DNA of 64,000 nt from positions 24,305-88,304 of the forward strand of contig JAUCBJ010004959.1 of the NCBI GenBank assembly GCA_032718475.1, in the 5' to 3' direction. This document shows, piece by piece, positions 25,616 through 37,174 of this stretch (position 1 is its first letter; every line of letters begins with the position of its first letter). Below the pieces are notes generated by a model. That model saw nothing but the letters and a program-made list of their open reading frames with translations, was not told where the DNA came from and made no database searches. This DNA is from Nemertoderma westbladi (Eukaryota > Animalia > Xenacoelomorpha). A program made the translations under genes and the position numbers.

Positions 25616-26194
25616 TGTTTACTGTTACGTTTTTATATCGAATATATTGTTTTATTTGAAAAAAAATATCACCAGCGTTATCAATGTTTACGACGTATAA
25701 AATTACTATATTTTAATACGGAATCTCAAATCTTAAATAAATACATAGCTAGCTGTACGTACTGTAAGCTACCCGACAAGCCTCGGTCTACATCATTATA
25801 ATCATTATGCACCAGGAACTTACTCAATGATATGAAAGTATGTATCAATTTGATTATATTGTGTATTAAATAGTTCATAATAAAAAAAAAAATAAATAAA
25901 AAAAAATTTGTTAAAAAAGGTAAAAAATTAGTTTAAAAAAAAGTAAAAAAATAAAAATTAGTTAAAAAAAGTTAAAAATTTGTTTAAAAAATACTTTTTT
26001 TAACTAATTTTCTGGAAATTAGTAAAAAAAAGTTAGATTAATTAACTCAATTTTAAAAATATTAGTGAGAAAAAGAGTCTTTTTCAAATAATACAATAGA
26101 ATATAATATAGCGATTTTCGTCTCAAAATTAGTATTTGGATATTCTCTTTGGCATTTTTTAGTAGTATTGTTCAAGTATTTTTCTAAAAATGGT

Positions 26195-26790
26195 TGTGGG
26201 GTGAGCAACGAAGTGAGCGAAGCATTAGCATATGGGTGCCATTAATGAGTTGTCTGTAGTCGTCGTCGCCTGTTGTCGTCGTCGTAAATTTTTGATCGCT
26301 AATAACTCGTCATTCCTTGATGAAATTAAACGACACTTGGTACGTATGTAGTCCGGCAAAAGTTTAGAAAGGATCGGAAGTTTGGTAAAAAAAACTAACG
26401 AACGCAACGAGTTTATAGTGGATACAAGTATCCATCTGCCATAAATCAGCAGTTACTCTAATAGTTTCAAGACTTTCCATAGTTATAAAGGTCGTTAGTC
26501 TCCGCTTAGGAAAATTATTACGAGGTTAATGAAGGAGAAGAGTATTATAAAACTAAAAATGGCATACTTCACTTAAATAGCCCTAGTTAGTAGGTTTACA
26601 AATGACAGTTACAGTGTGTAAGTGCAAACTGAAATGACCTCTGTTATAACAAATATTTTTTCGCAAACTTATAGCATCGCCATCACTCATATATATTTTG
26701 GGAAAGACGGTTTTCGTATATCTAATACAGAGTTTAGTATACAGTACTTTCTATAGGCTCTCGTGTTGCGCGAAGGCCCCACGAACGTGT
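26195..26790 (+). mobile_element. Helentron-associated (HINE-like) element, copy B
   Basis: Same termini and GTC microsatellite as 8859-11084. Confidence 0.5.
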
Positions 26791-27121
26791 ATATATGTAC
26801 CAGGACGTGCTGTGCAAGTGCAATTGTACAAACTGCATTCTGAATTGTATCTACAATAGGCCTAATCCATCACCCGTAGGCTTACTCTCTCGATATTGTA
26901 ATTTTACTTATTGATAACAATCTATTAAATATTTTATAATGAATCAACATTTGTATTGAAAGATAAATTTACTGGTGCCGGTGCCGGTATAATTATAAAG
27001 AGAGAACCAACAGACTCCACCCCGTATTCTCTTGAAGTTAAACAAGAGAACAACGTTAACAGATCATGTCCCATCGAAGATCACAACAATTTTCCCTTTG
27101 GAGTAGATGTTGTCCCTGTAC

Positions 27122-29168
27122 AGGGCAAATTCCACCATTGATGTACTGTAACACTTACGTCGGAAATAAAAAGTCATCTAATCGGCATAATTTTGGTATC
27201 AAAATGACGAGAAACAATGAAATTTGTAATAAAAGTGACGGATTTTTAATATTCTTGAGGGTAACAACTGGTTTTTCATTATTCAATATGAGGAAATTTT
27301 TTTACGTATTTTCAAATTTGCAGAAATTAATCCATGTCATTTTTGACATAATCTTGTACTACCATTGAAATTGTCTGACTAAGACAGGTAATTACACCAA
27401 CCGAAAATTCAACATTTATTAGAAGCTATTGATGAAAAAAATTTGAATATAGACAGCGTAGCATTGTGTATTCAAAGTTTCAAAAATTTTAGATTTGGCC
27501 TACAGAATTATGTGAGTCCGTAACGAAAAGTACTTAAAGTTTTAATTTGGAGTACACCCCGCATGTACGGTATATTGCACTGATAATCATTTTCCTTTGG
27601 GTTTACAACCAATCAAAACCATCCATTAGGTCTCTATGTTCTGTATTGCAGCTGAAACGTTTAAGAACAGCGTTACGGACTCACACATTGTTCGTTATGG
27701 ACTCACCATGCGGTAGGTTAGGTAAGAATCATTCATTTTTTTATACAGTACATTATTCACGATGTAAACTGAAAGTATTCAGATCCTTTTAGTTTGACAA
27801 TTGTCCATCGACAGTACATTCGAACGTATTCATTCATACATCATACTACTGTACGACATTCTTCATTGCGCCCGTTTAATCCTTTAATCCTGTCTCTTAC
27901 GTCTAATACTCACACTTCTGGTGCTGAAAGGGCCAAACGGCATATATCACCGATGACGGAAATTACTGACCAAGATGTTAAGTATGATACCCTCGAAGTT
28001 CCTCAAGATTTCATAAAACGAGTGAGCGAATGATGGATTGTGATACAAAAAAAAATCGTACGTTAGTACAGGGATTACGCACAAAGTCTCAATAATTATT
28101 ACCAGTGCGGTCCCCCCAGACCTACTGTATATTCCCCAAAGGAAACTCTAGTACTCATTTAGCTACCATTTACGGAAGGAAGAGATGCGCCCTGGCTAAT
28201 AAGTCCCTTCATGGTCTTTAAAGTATTCGTGCCGAAACGAAAACTACCCTAGCCCCCACGATGGGATCGAAACCACGACCCAAGGAGAGATGTGATTTCA
28301 ATGCCACCGATTTAACCAACTACGCCAAGGTGGAATAACTTAAGTACAGTGATACATCGAAATACTGTTCAAAATTTATTTTTCAGTATAAAAAATTTTC
28401 CGTGAACGTGGTATTTATGTTTTTAAAGAACTAGAAATTGGTCATTTTAACAAATTATGGTCATATGAACTTAGGATATTAAATATACACGAGTACTATA
28501 ATACACACACAAAATATGCCTACTCAATCTCATAGATATGATGTACCTTTATAACTTCATGAACAATACTAAAGATATATCTAATAGTGATTCTTAAGGT
28601 ACATTGTGAAAGCGAAAGGTATATGAGCAATAAATATATTTATTGAATAAACACCATAAACATTCATTGGTCGTTACTCTTTTTGTCAACACAAAATAAC
28701 GAGTGCATAACGATTTCAAGTGTGAGTCCGTAACATTTTTTTCTGTGAGTCCGTAACGAACAATTTCTCTGTAAATGAGGTTTACCACCATATGTTTCTG
28801 CTATTCACTTACAAATTTACAAAATTTGATGTATCTACCTCGCATTGTGAAAGTTATAACGTATGGCGTTAAACATTTCAAGAGAATTTGTCAAAATAAA
28901 ATTGTGTAATTTTTCTTTGTCCATTTGCATTTGAGTCCGTAACGGGCACTATATTTACAATATCCTATGAATCAACTGAGATACAACTCTTTTTTTATAA
29001 GTCAAAGTAAAGATGTACCATTAATCCATCAGCCACTATAGCTAATTGTTATTTCTATTGTAAAGTTGTTAATTAAATATGTCAAATTCGAAAATAAAAT
29101 TTAAAATTTTCGAAAAAAAAATTTGAAAATTTCGTTCGAATGTGAGTCCGTAACGATGGAATTGCCCT
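27122..29168. mobile_element. Non-autonomous DNA transposon (GGGCAA-type TIR; superfamily uncertain, Zator/Sola-like)
   Basis: Left AGGGCAAATTCCA, right TGGAATTGCCCT, short (T)AC duplication at the flanks. Motif TGAGTCCGTAAC repeated 5 times inside. Confidence 0.7.
28090..28330 (-). mobile_element. tRNA-derived SINE nested in the DNA transposon
   Basis: Minus strand reads TGGCGTAGTTGG (A box)...GGTTTCGATCCC (B box), followed by a non-tRNA body. Confidence 0.55.
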
Positions 29169-31588
29169 ACTAGATGACGAAGATATTTCTTATGAACCAT
29201 CTGGAGATTCTCTTGTTGTCGAAAAACGGGAAAACGACAGCCCAAATTGTTCGTATGGTAGGCCTATTGAAACTGAAGATGCAGACATTCATGGTCATCA
29301 ATCTGCTTCTGGGTTGCAGTTTATCAGTGTAAAATCTGAAGGTTGTTTTTTATTTTCTGAGTCATTAGCAGAAACTTTAACTTTTATAGAACAATTTAAC
29401 GTTGCTGGTACCTCTCGTGACAACGTTGATCTTTACAGAACTACTGAACCGACAATCAGTAGTGCAACAACAGAATCAGATATTTCTAGTAAAACTATTG
29501 GGGAGTTGGTATTTTCTTCAGGTACCAGTTACTGCTTCTTTTGCAATCAATTACATTAATGACAAAGGACATTTAGAGCGACATATAAAATCCGTTCATA
29601 AAGAAGTCAAGAATAAGTATAAATGCGATTATTGTGAGAAACGTTTTAGACGCAAGGATTATATAAAGATGCATGTTGACGCTATCCATAAACTTCACAA
29701 ACATAAGTGCGGTTATTGTACCTGTAATAAGGAATTCAGCCAGCAAGGCAAGCTAAACATCCATGTTAACTACATTCATAAAGATATCAGGTGTACAGTA
29801 GGTGTTTTGATTGTGGAAAATCATTTGCTACAAAAGCCGTTCTAAAACAACATGTCGACTCTGTCCATAAAAAGATGCCAAACATAAATGTCGCTATTGT
29901 ACAGTAATAAAAAATTCACCCAGCAAGGCCGTCTAAACACTCATATCAATAGCTTTCATAATTAAATTATACGTTCGGTTATTGTAATAAAGAATTCAGC
30001 CAGCAAGGCTGTCTAAATACTCATGTCAACTACTTTCATAAAGATATCAAGTACAGCTGCTTTGATTTTCGGAAATCATTTGGAACAAAAAGCAATCTAA
30101 AACGACATGTCAACTTTATCCATAAACATATCAAACATAAGTGCCGCTATTGTAATAAAGGATTCAGTCGGCAAGGCAATCTAAAGACCCACATCAACTC
30201 TGTTCATAAGTCTTAAGGTTAAATTACAATATGTAGGGAACAATAGTTACTTCCTTTATTATTATAAGTTTATGTGGCGATTTTAATTGTTCCAAGTTCT
30301 TCGTGTTCCGACCGGGTCTAGGCTAGTGCTGTGAACTAAAGGAAAAATCGAAATTGATCTTTTGATCAGAAATTGTCTTTGGCATCTTTTCCAAACTGAA
30401 ACTTTTTTTTAAACTGAAGCTGGAATTAGAACTGAATTCCACAGAAAACTGAAGATATTATTAATGTTCCAAGGTCATGGTGTTCCGACCGTGTCTACTG
30501 TAGACTAGTGTTGCGAACTAAAACTGAATTTTTTTTAGAATTTTTTCTGAACTGAAACTTATTTTTTTTAAACTAAAACTGGAACTATATCTGAAACTGG
30601 CTACTTTACTGATAATGGAAATAGAACTGAATTGGAATTCTCTAACATTTAAAAATGAAAGTATATTTTATATATTAGGAAAAAAGAAGTATAGTACAAT
30701 GATACAAGTACAATGATTGCAGTGTTTGTAAACACAGTTTTAAAAAAAAAAAAATTTAATTTGATTTCTTCTGTAAATTATTACTCAATAAAATACAAAA
30801 CAAAGTATTGGAAAGAGAATTATTTTTTCTAAAAATAGCAACGAGTGCGAAATGCAATCAATACATCTGGACAGAAGAATATCGGAATTTTTTTTCTTGG
30901 AAATAATGAGTGATTTACTTTCCGGATACCGAGCGAGATCATGTTTACAGAGGCATCAGGGATAAGTGTTATTTTATTTTCATGATTAATAATTAAATGG
31001 CTGCCATCGGGCGGTGACTTTCAAATCATTATCAACCAATCGGGTTCCATCATCTATTTATATACCGGCACTGTATTAAGAATAAAGTTGCAAAGTGTGG
31101 TGAATCTAGAACTTAAAGTAAATTGAAACTTTTTTTTTGGTAACTGTAACTGAATTACCGGAGTGGTTTATTTGAACTGAAACATGAACTGAATTTGAAT
31201 ATTTTTTTGGAAACTGCAACTTTAATTATTGTAGGGCCTACTCTCCATTATTTTACAAGCAATAGACTACAGTTGTTTAGGCCCACATGTCAAAGATACA
31301 GTCGTGTCTCAAAGTGCATCTGTTCTTTGAGATTCTCTCAAAGAATTAAAAGTGTCTCAAAGTTCTAAAAGTGGTCCAAGAAATGACAAACTGACCTCAA
31401 ATATTTCAATGTAAATCAAAGTCCTGTCTGTCTGTCATTTCAAAACTTCCCTTTCTGAAACTGTTGGGGGCTATCGGAATGTGATACCCTATCTACTGTA
31501 GGACTATAGGCATATTAATGTACATGGCCTACTGTATTTCGGTTTAAATCTATATTGCTCGGTTTAGCCCACAGAGCCTTGACCTGTT

Positions 31589-31888
31589 GGGTGCAATCTT
31601 CGCTCCCGGGAAATCTTCTCCGGCGTCCAATTTCGCCTGCATCCAATCTTCGCCCGGAACAAACCTTCGCCCGCAGGCAATCTTCGCCCTATACGATTTG
31701 CGTTAGTACTGTATAACCATTTTAGTTACCAATTGAGGGAAAGGGGCAGGTTACAAAGACGGCTGTTTCTAACCAAAATAATAATTGTTTATTGGTCTAA
31801 GATTGCCTTTAGGCAAATGTTTCCGTCGGTCGATAGTGTGTTATTTTTAGGGCGAAGATTGCTCGCGGGCGAAGTTTGCTGCGTACCC
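31589..31888. mobile_element. Small MITE with inverted subterminal repeats
   Basis: AATCTTCGCCC repeats on the left, GGGCGAAGATT on the right, GGGT...ACCC ends. Confidence 0.5.
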
Positions 31889-32532
31889 CTTTAACCAAGA
31901 ATTTCAATATGGCCAGCCAGCACTTATTTGCCAAACTGCTATTGCGGTGAAACGTTTTAGTAGCTTTCTTATGTTATATACAGTACAAAGATATAGCGGC
32001 TGGTACATAGAGAGAAATGATAAGAGCTCACTAATTGGCTGTTCCCACAGATACAGTACTGTAGGTTAGTTTTATGCACTGAAGGTACGCATATAGTCAG
32101 GCCGCCCGACCATAGTCTAGTCTGCACATTATGTAATCAAATAGTACTACCCCACGGGGTGGGGGGGGGGGGGGGGGGGGGGGGGCAGCTTACTGAACAT
32201 GGGTTTATTGATATTGAATTGCAAAGCAAAATATGAACTGAGGGATTTCCCGCCGAGTCCTGAACCAGTTTCTGAAGTCAACACGCTAGGATATATCGAA
32301 TTAGTCCCGGGTCACACAAGGATATTAACTTCCAACTCTACTGTTAGTTGGTCTGGGTGGTCAAGCTGCCCAATCGCAGTTACAATCCAAGAAAAGCGGG
32401 GTCATCACAATCCAAGAAAAGCGGGGTCATCACACTCCAAGAAGGCCAAATGGGGGGGGGGGGGGGGGATTATTACAGTAGGCCTAGAGTAAGTAAAACA
32501 ACGTAAGAGAGAAGCATTTCGAATTTAGGCTC

Positions 32533-33076
32533 TGTTAGCTTATTCAATCCCGCTAACACCCCATAAAGTTAAGCCGATAAGCAATATTGGGGGCCACGAG
32601 ATTGGGTAATCACCAACTCGTGTCACCCCAACAAAATGGGAAGGAGAAACACAATGAGGGTCAGGGGCCAAACCCCTAACCCAGAGAGAACAGGTGGAGT
32701 GAACGGGAACACTCCAAAGGGCGCCAACAAGGGTATCAACCAATCAGAGGGGGGAAAGGCATCGATTAGGTAGAGTAACAAGGCCAACCCGTGCAATATA
32801 GCCAGTTGGCAGTAATCATTTCATTCAGTTATCTCAGTATCATATTGGTGCTAGTTAGGTTAGTTAGTTTAGCTAGGGAAGGACCGGGACTTTAATTACC
32901 GTATCCCGCCTTCCGTATACGACAACATTATCCATATCTATACCTATATCTATATACCCGTACAACCGATTATTATATACGACGAACGACACGAACTCTT
33001 TTTACCTTTCACACACGGCGGGGACGCGTGAACTAAACAACCGGATAAACCGGGATCCTTCCTGGATCCCGTCACA
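32533..33076 (+). repeat. 5' LTR (544 bp)
   Basis: TGTTAGC...CCCGTCACA. About 4 substitutions versus the 3' LTR by eye. TATA-like AATATA near 32795 and Inr-like TCAGTT near 32825. Confidence 0.97.
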
Positions 33077-33150
33077 GTAATTAAATCTCAGAGCTGCCGC
33101 CCTAGCTAGCTAAACCCAGCGACTACCAGCCACCAATCGAACCAAGCGAG

Positions 33151-36100
33151 ATGAGTCAGTCGGGAGAGACGACGCCGACGCGGACCCCGGACGAAGAATT
33201 AACGATCCGCGAGGCCGCAACCAGGCGGTACAGGCCCACAACGCCGGACCCATCGGTAACGGGTCATCCGGCAGCTCAGGATGAGGGGGGCCGCCTGGAA
33301 CCCGAGGTCGAGCCGAGAGAAGGAGAGAGCGAGACGGAGGGAGACGGAGACGAGTCGACACGAGACGTGGGTCGACGTACTGATGTCGCCGGCCAGCCAC
33401 AGGCCGAGGGCGACGAGCGGCCCACCGAAACGGCGACGGTGGGGCCGACGGTACGACGCCGGACCCGGAGAGACGGAGGAGATGTCGGTACCGATGTCGC
33501 CGGCCAGCCACAGGCCGAGGGCGACGAGCGGCCCACCGAAACGGCGACGGTGGGGCCGACGGTACGACGCCGGACCCGGAGAGACGGAAGAGAGGTCGGC
33601 GACGAGGACGTCGGGGTTTCTGATCGACTTCGACGGGCCTACAACGCGACCCAGAAACTGTTAAAGGAGGCCAAAGAGGGGGCGAAGATAGACGAGGTGA
33701 GACTGAGGAAACGACTAGGTGAGTCGAATAGACACTTTTATTATCTAATGCGCTTCGGGCAAAGAGAACTGGCCAAGGAGAGAGCGAGAGGGGTTGCCGA
33801 GGAACTGTATGACTTATGGCGGTGTAGGGGTATGGAACCTAGCGTAGTGTACGTAGGGCCATACTTAGTCGATGCCCGGGGAGTAAAATTAGTGGGTTGG
33901 GAGAGACCTGAGGAGGACGAATCCGAGGTTAACCCCGAGGATTCGGCCTCGTCGGTCGGAGGAAGTTCCGGGAGGCGGGGGAAAGTTAGTAGGATCGGGG
34001 AGGCGGAGGGAATCCGTCTACAACCGATAAGTCTGCTACATCCTCCGTGAAAGAAAGACGGGTGAGAGAGATAAATGCCACGTACCGTCTCGATTTAATA
34101 GAGCAAGGTCAAAGGGAAGTAGGTAGACGGTTAGAGGAGGGGAGAGTGCTGCTAGAGAGGGAAATGGCGTTGATTAAGGAAACCGGAGAGAGGGCCGACG
34201 AGAAGCCTTAGGGAGTGTGAGGAAGTAGGGAGGAAGGAACAAGAAGAGCGCGAGGCGAGAGGGAAAAATGAGCGCAAAGAGCGTGAGGCGGAACGTAGGG
34301 AACGTGAGGCGAAAGAGGAAAACGAGTGCAAAGAGCGCGAGGAGAGAGAGGAAAACGAACGCAGAGAGCGTGAGGCGAGACGAAGGGAGGGGGCTAGAAG
34401 AGAGTTGGAATTGGCCGAACGGGACGCACGGGAGTGTAAGGAGAGAATGGCAAGGAAGGAGTGTGAGCAAAAAGAACTAGAGAAACGTCAAGGTGAGCTT
34501 ACAGGGTACAAAGCTATACACGCGCGCGAACGGGAATTGGCGGGAATAGGGGCGTCTGAGAGTGGGGCTAGCTCGAGTATTTTCGAGGAGCCAGGGGCCG
34601 TGGATACATTTATTAATACCCCACTTACAGGGACCGCACGACAGACCCAAGACTGGTGTGACCGTACGGGCGGGGGGGGGGGGGTAATAATAATGCTATA
34701 GTAGACGTCATTAATATTAATAGTACCGTATTGGATAACCCTAATCCTTTTATTGCAGCAAATAATACTTTACCTAGTAGCAGTGATTTAAATTTAAATA
34801 CAAATAATAATTTCAATTTAAATGTGCAAAATAATCCGAATAATAATTCGGATGGTTTACATGCCCGCCTAGGGGGGTTAATTCTGTTTGCACTTTTAAG
34901 ACCTTTGGCAGTTTAACCCGCCAAATCTATATGTCTTCTAGGTTATAAATCGACTTTAGGCGAGAGAAGAAAGGGAACGCAAGGAGCGTGAGGCAAGGGA
35001 GGAAAAGGAACGCAAGGAGCGTGAGGCAAGGGAGGAAAAGGAACGCAAAGAGCGTGAGGCGGAACGCAAGGAGCATGAGGCGAGAAAGGAAAGTGAACGT
35101 AAGGAGCGTGAAGCGAGGCGAAGGGAGAGTGCTAGGAGAGTAGCAGAGTTGGCTGAGCGGGACGCGCGGGAGTGTGAGAGGAGAATGGCAGGAGCCGAGC
35201 GAGACCATGAGGAATTAAAGAGACGCCAAAGTGAGCTTGGGGAACATAGGGTTAGACGCGCGCACGAGCTGCAACTGGTGCGGGCGGGGGCGTCTGAGAG
35301 CGGGACTAGCTCGAGTATTTTCGAGGAGCCAGGGGCCGTGGATACATTTATTAATACCCCACTTACAGGGACCGCACGACAGACCCAAGACTGGTGTGAC
35401 CGTACGGGCGGGGGGGGGGGGGGGGGGGTAATAATAATGCTATAGTAGACGTCATTAATATTAATAGTACCGTATTGGATAACCCTAATCCTTTTATTGC
35501 AGCAAATAATACTTTACCTAGTAGCAGTGATTTAAATTTAAATACAAATAATAATTTCAATTTAAATGTGCAAAATAATCCGAATAATAATTTAAATTGA
35601 GAAAACAATAATAATTCAAATAATTTAAGTAATGATCCAAGCCCGAATTTACAAAATAATTCAAATGATTTTGTTTCAAACGAACAAATTAATTCCGTTT
35701 CCAATATGGGTGCTATTAACGTGAACACGTCGGGCGTGTATGGCCAGGCAGACGAAGGCCTGGTAGGCCGTATAATTGGTAGGCCGGATGTGGCGGGATT
35801 GAGCCAACCCAGAGAGGGCCTTGTAGGCCACGTAGTTGATAGGCAGGGAGTGGCTGGGTTGGGTAGACCCAGCGAGGGCCTGGTAGGCCACGTAGTTGGT
35901 AGGCAGGGAGCGGCTGGGTTGGGTAGACCCAGTGAGGGCCTGGTAGGCCACGTAGTTGATAGGCAGGGAGTGGCTGGGTTGGGTAGACCCAGCGGGGGCC
36001 TGGTAGGCCACGTAGTTGGTAGGCAGGGGGGTAGAGGGCCTGGTAGGCCACGCAATAGCAGAGGGAGAGGCGGGGGTGAATAGACCCGACCATGGTAGGG

Positions 36101-37174
36101 TTGATGTGTCGACGAGAGAGGGATATGGTAGCGGGGTGAGAGATAGTTAAGTTAGATGTGGCGAGTGGGGGGGGGGGGGGGGGGGGGGGGCTACAAGAGC
36201 CCCACAACAGCGAGTTAGCGGCGAAAGGGGGGGGGGGGCAGAGAGTGCTCCACAGCCGTCAGCGGATAATGCGCGGGCCGAAATAGGTAAACCGCAACAC
36301 CCAGCGACGGAGAGTAATAGGGGGATTGCGAGTATCCCCAGCAGCGTGCGACCGAGCAGAGAGAGACAGGTTGACGTCGTGAGAGGGCGGACGAAGCGTC
36401 GAGCCCGATCAGAAGAGGGAAGAAGAACAGTGGGGTTTAACCAGGAGGTCGACGAGAGATCTCACGAGCGAGAATACTACACTGAAAGGAGAAGAAGAGA
36501 AGACAGTAGTAAAAGTATCGCCGTGAACGATAGAAGAGCAAGGACGGATAGCGAGCCGTCGGTAGTCGAGATGAGAACGGAGAGTCAGTGGGGTCGGACT
36601 CCGGGAGATTGCCGTCGCCCCGGAGAGATGCGACCTGGTGAGGTACATTACGCGCTGATGGAGGGGTACGCGATGTACCGGTACGAAGACGAGAACAGTA
36701 GAGAGGGAGGTCGAAGAGAAACTTTCCGACGGAATGTACCTACCGATCGAGAATACGGTAGCCGTGGGGAGGACTATTCGAGAAGAATAAACTTCGATCC
36801 CGAACGACACATGCAGACTGTAGGACATACTGTAGGCCTTACTGCACATACCATAGGCCATGCTGAGAGAGGCAATGTAGGCGATAGGAGAGCGCGGACA
36901 ACGGGATTAAACCCGGAAGTCGCGGAATACATACCGGCGAGTAGGCCAGAAGCTGATAGGCCTATACCGGTACCAGTACAGCAGTATGACTACAGCATGC
37001 AGGGGCATAACATATACCCAGGGGAGGGGGGAATTATTGCGGATAGGTGTATGGGCCCCAATATATTAACATCAACCCCAGTACCAAACATACCGGTGGG
37101 GGGGGGGACAGGGTGACATTCCCCCATCACAATATCAACAATATACCCCGATAGGAGCAAGAACAACAAGACCC
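33151..37174 (+). pseudogene. Very long, frameshifted N-terminal extension of Gag
   Basis: ATG at 33151, VNPEDSASSV motif, E/R/K coiled-coil repeats, Asn-rich tract and 60-bp GLVGHVV repeats. Frames break at G runs (34672, 35410, 36167, 37098) and at stops. Confidence 0.65.

Larger units (their letters stand above)
26941..30210 (+). pseudogene. C2H2 zinc-finger transcription factor pseudogene split by a DNA transposon
   Basis: N-terminal IKREP/VKQE motifs (26956-27121) continue at 29171. Fingers include CDYCEKRFRRKDYIKMHVDAIH and CFDCGKSFATKAVLKQHVDSVH, with several frameshifts between 29540 and 30210. Confidence 0.8.
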
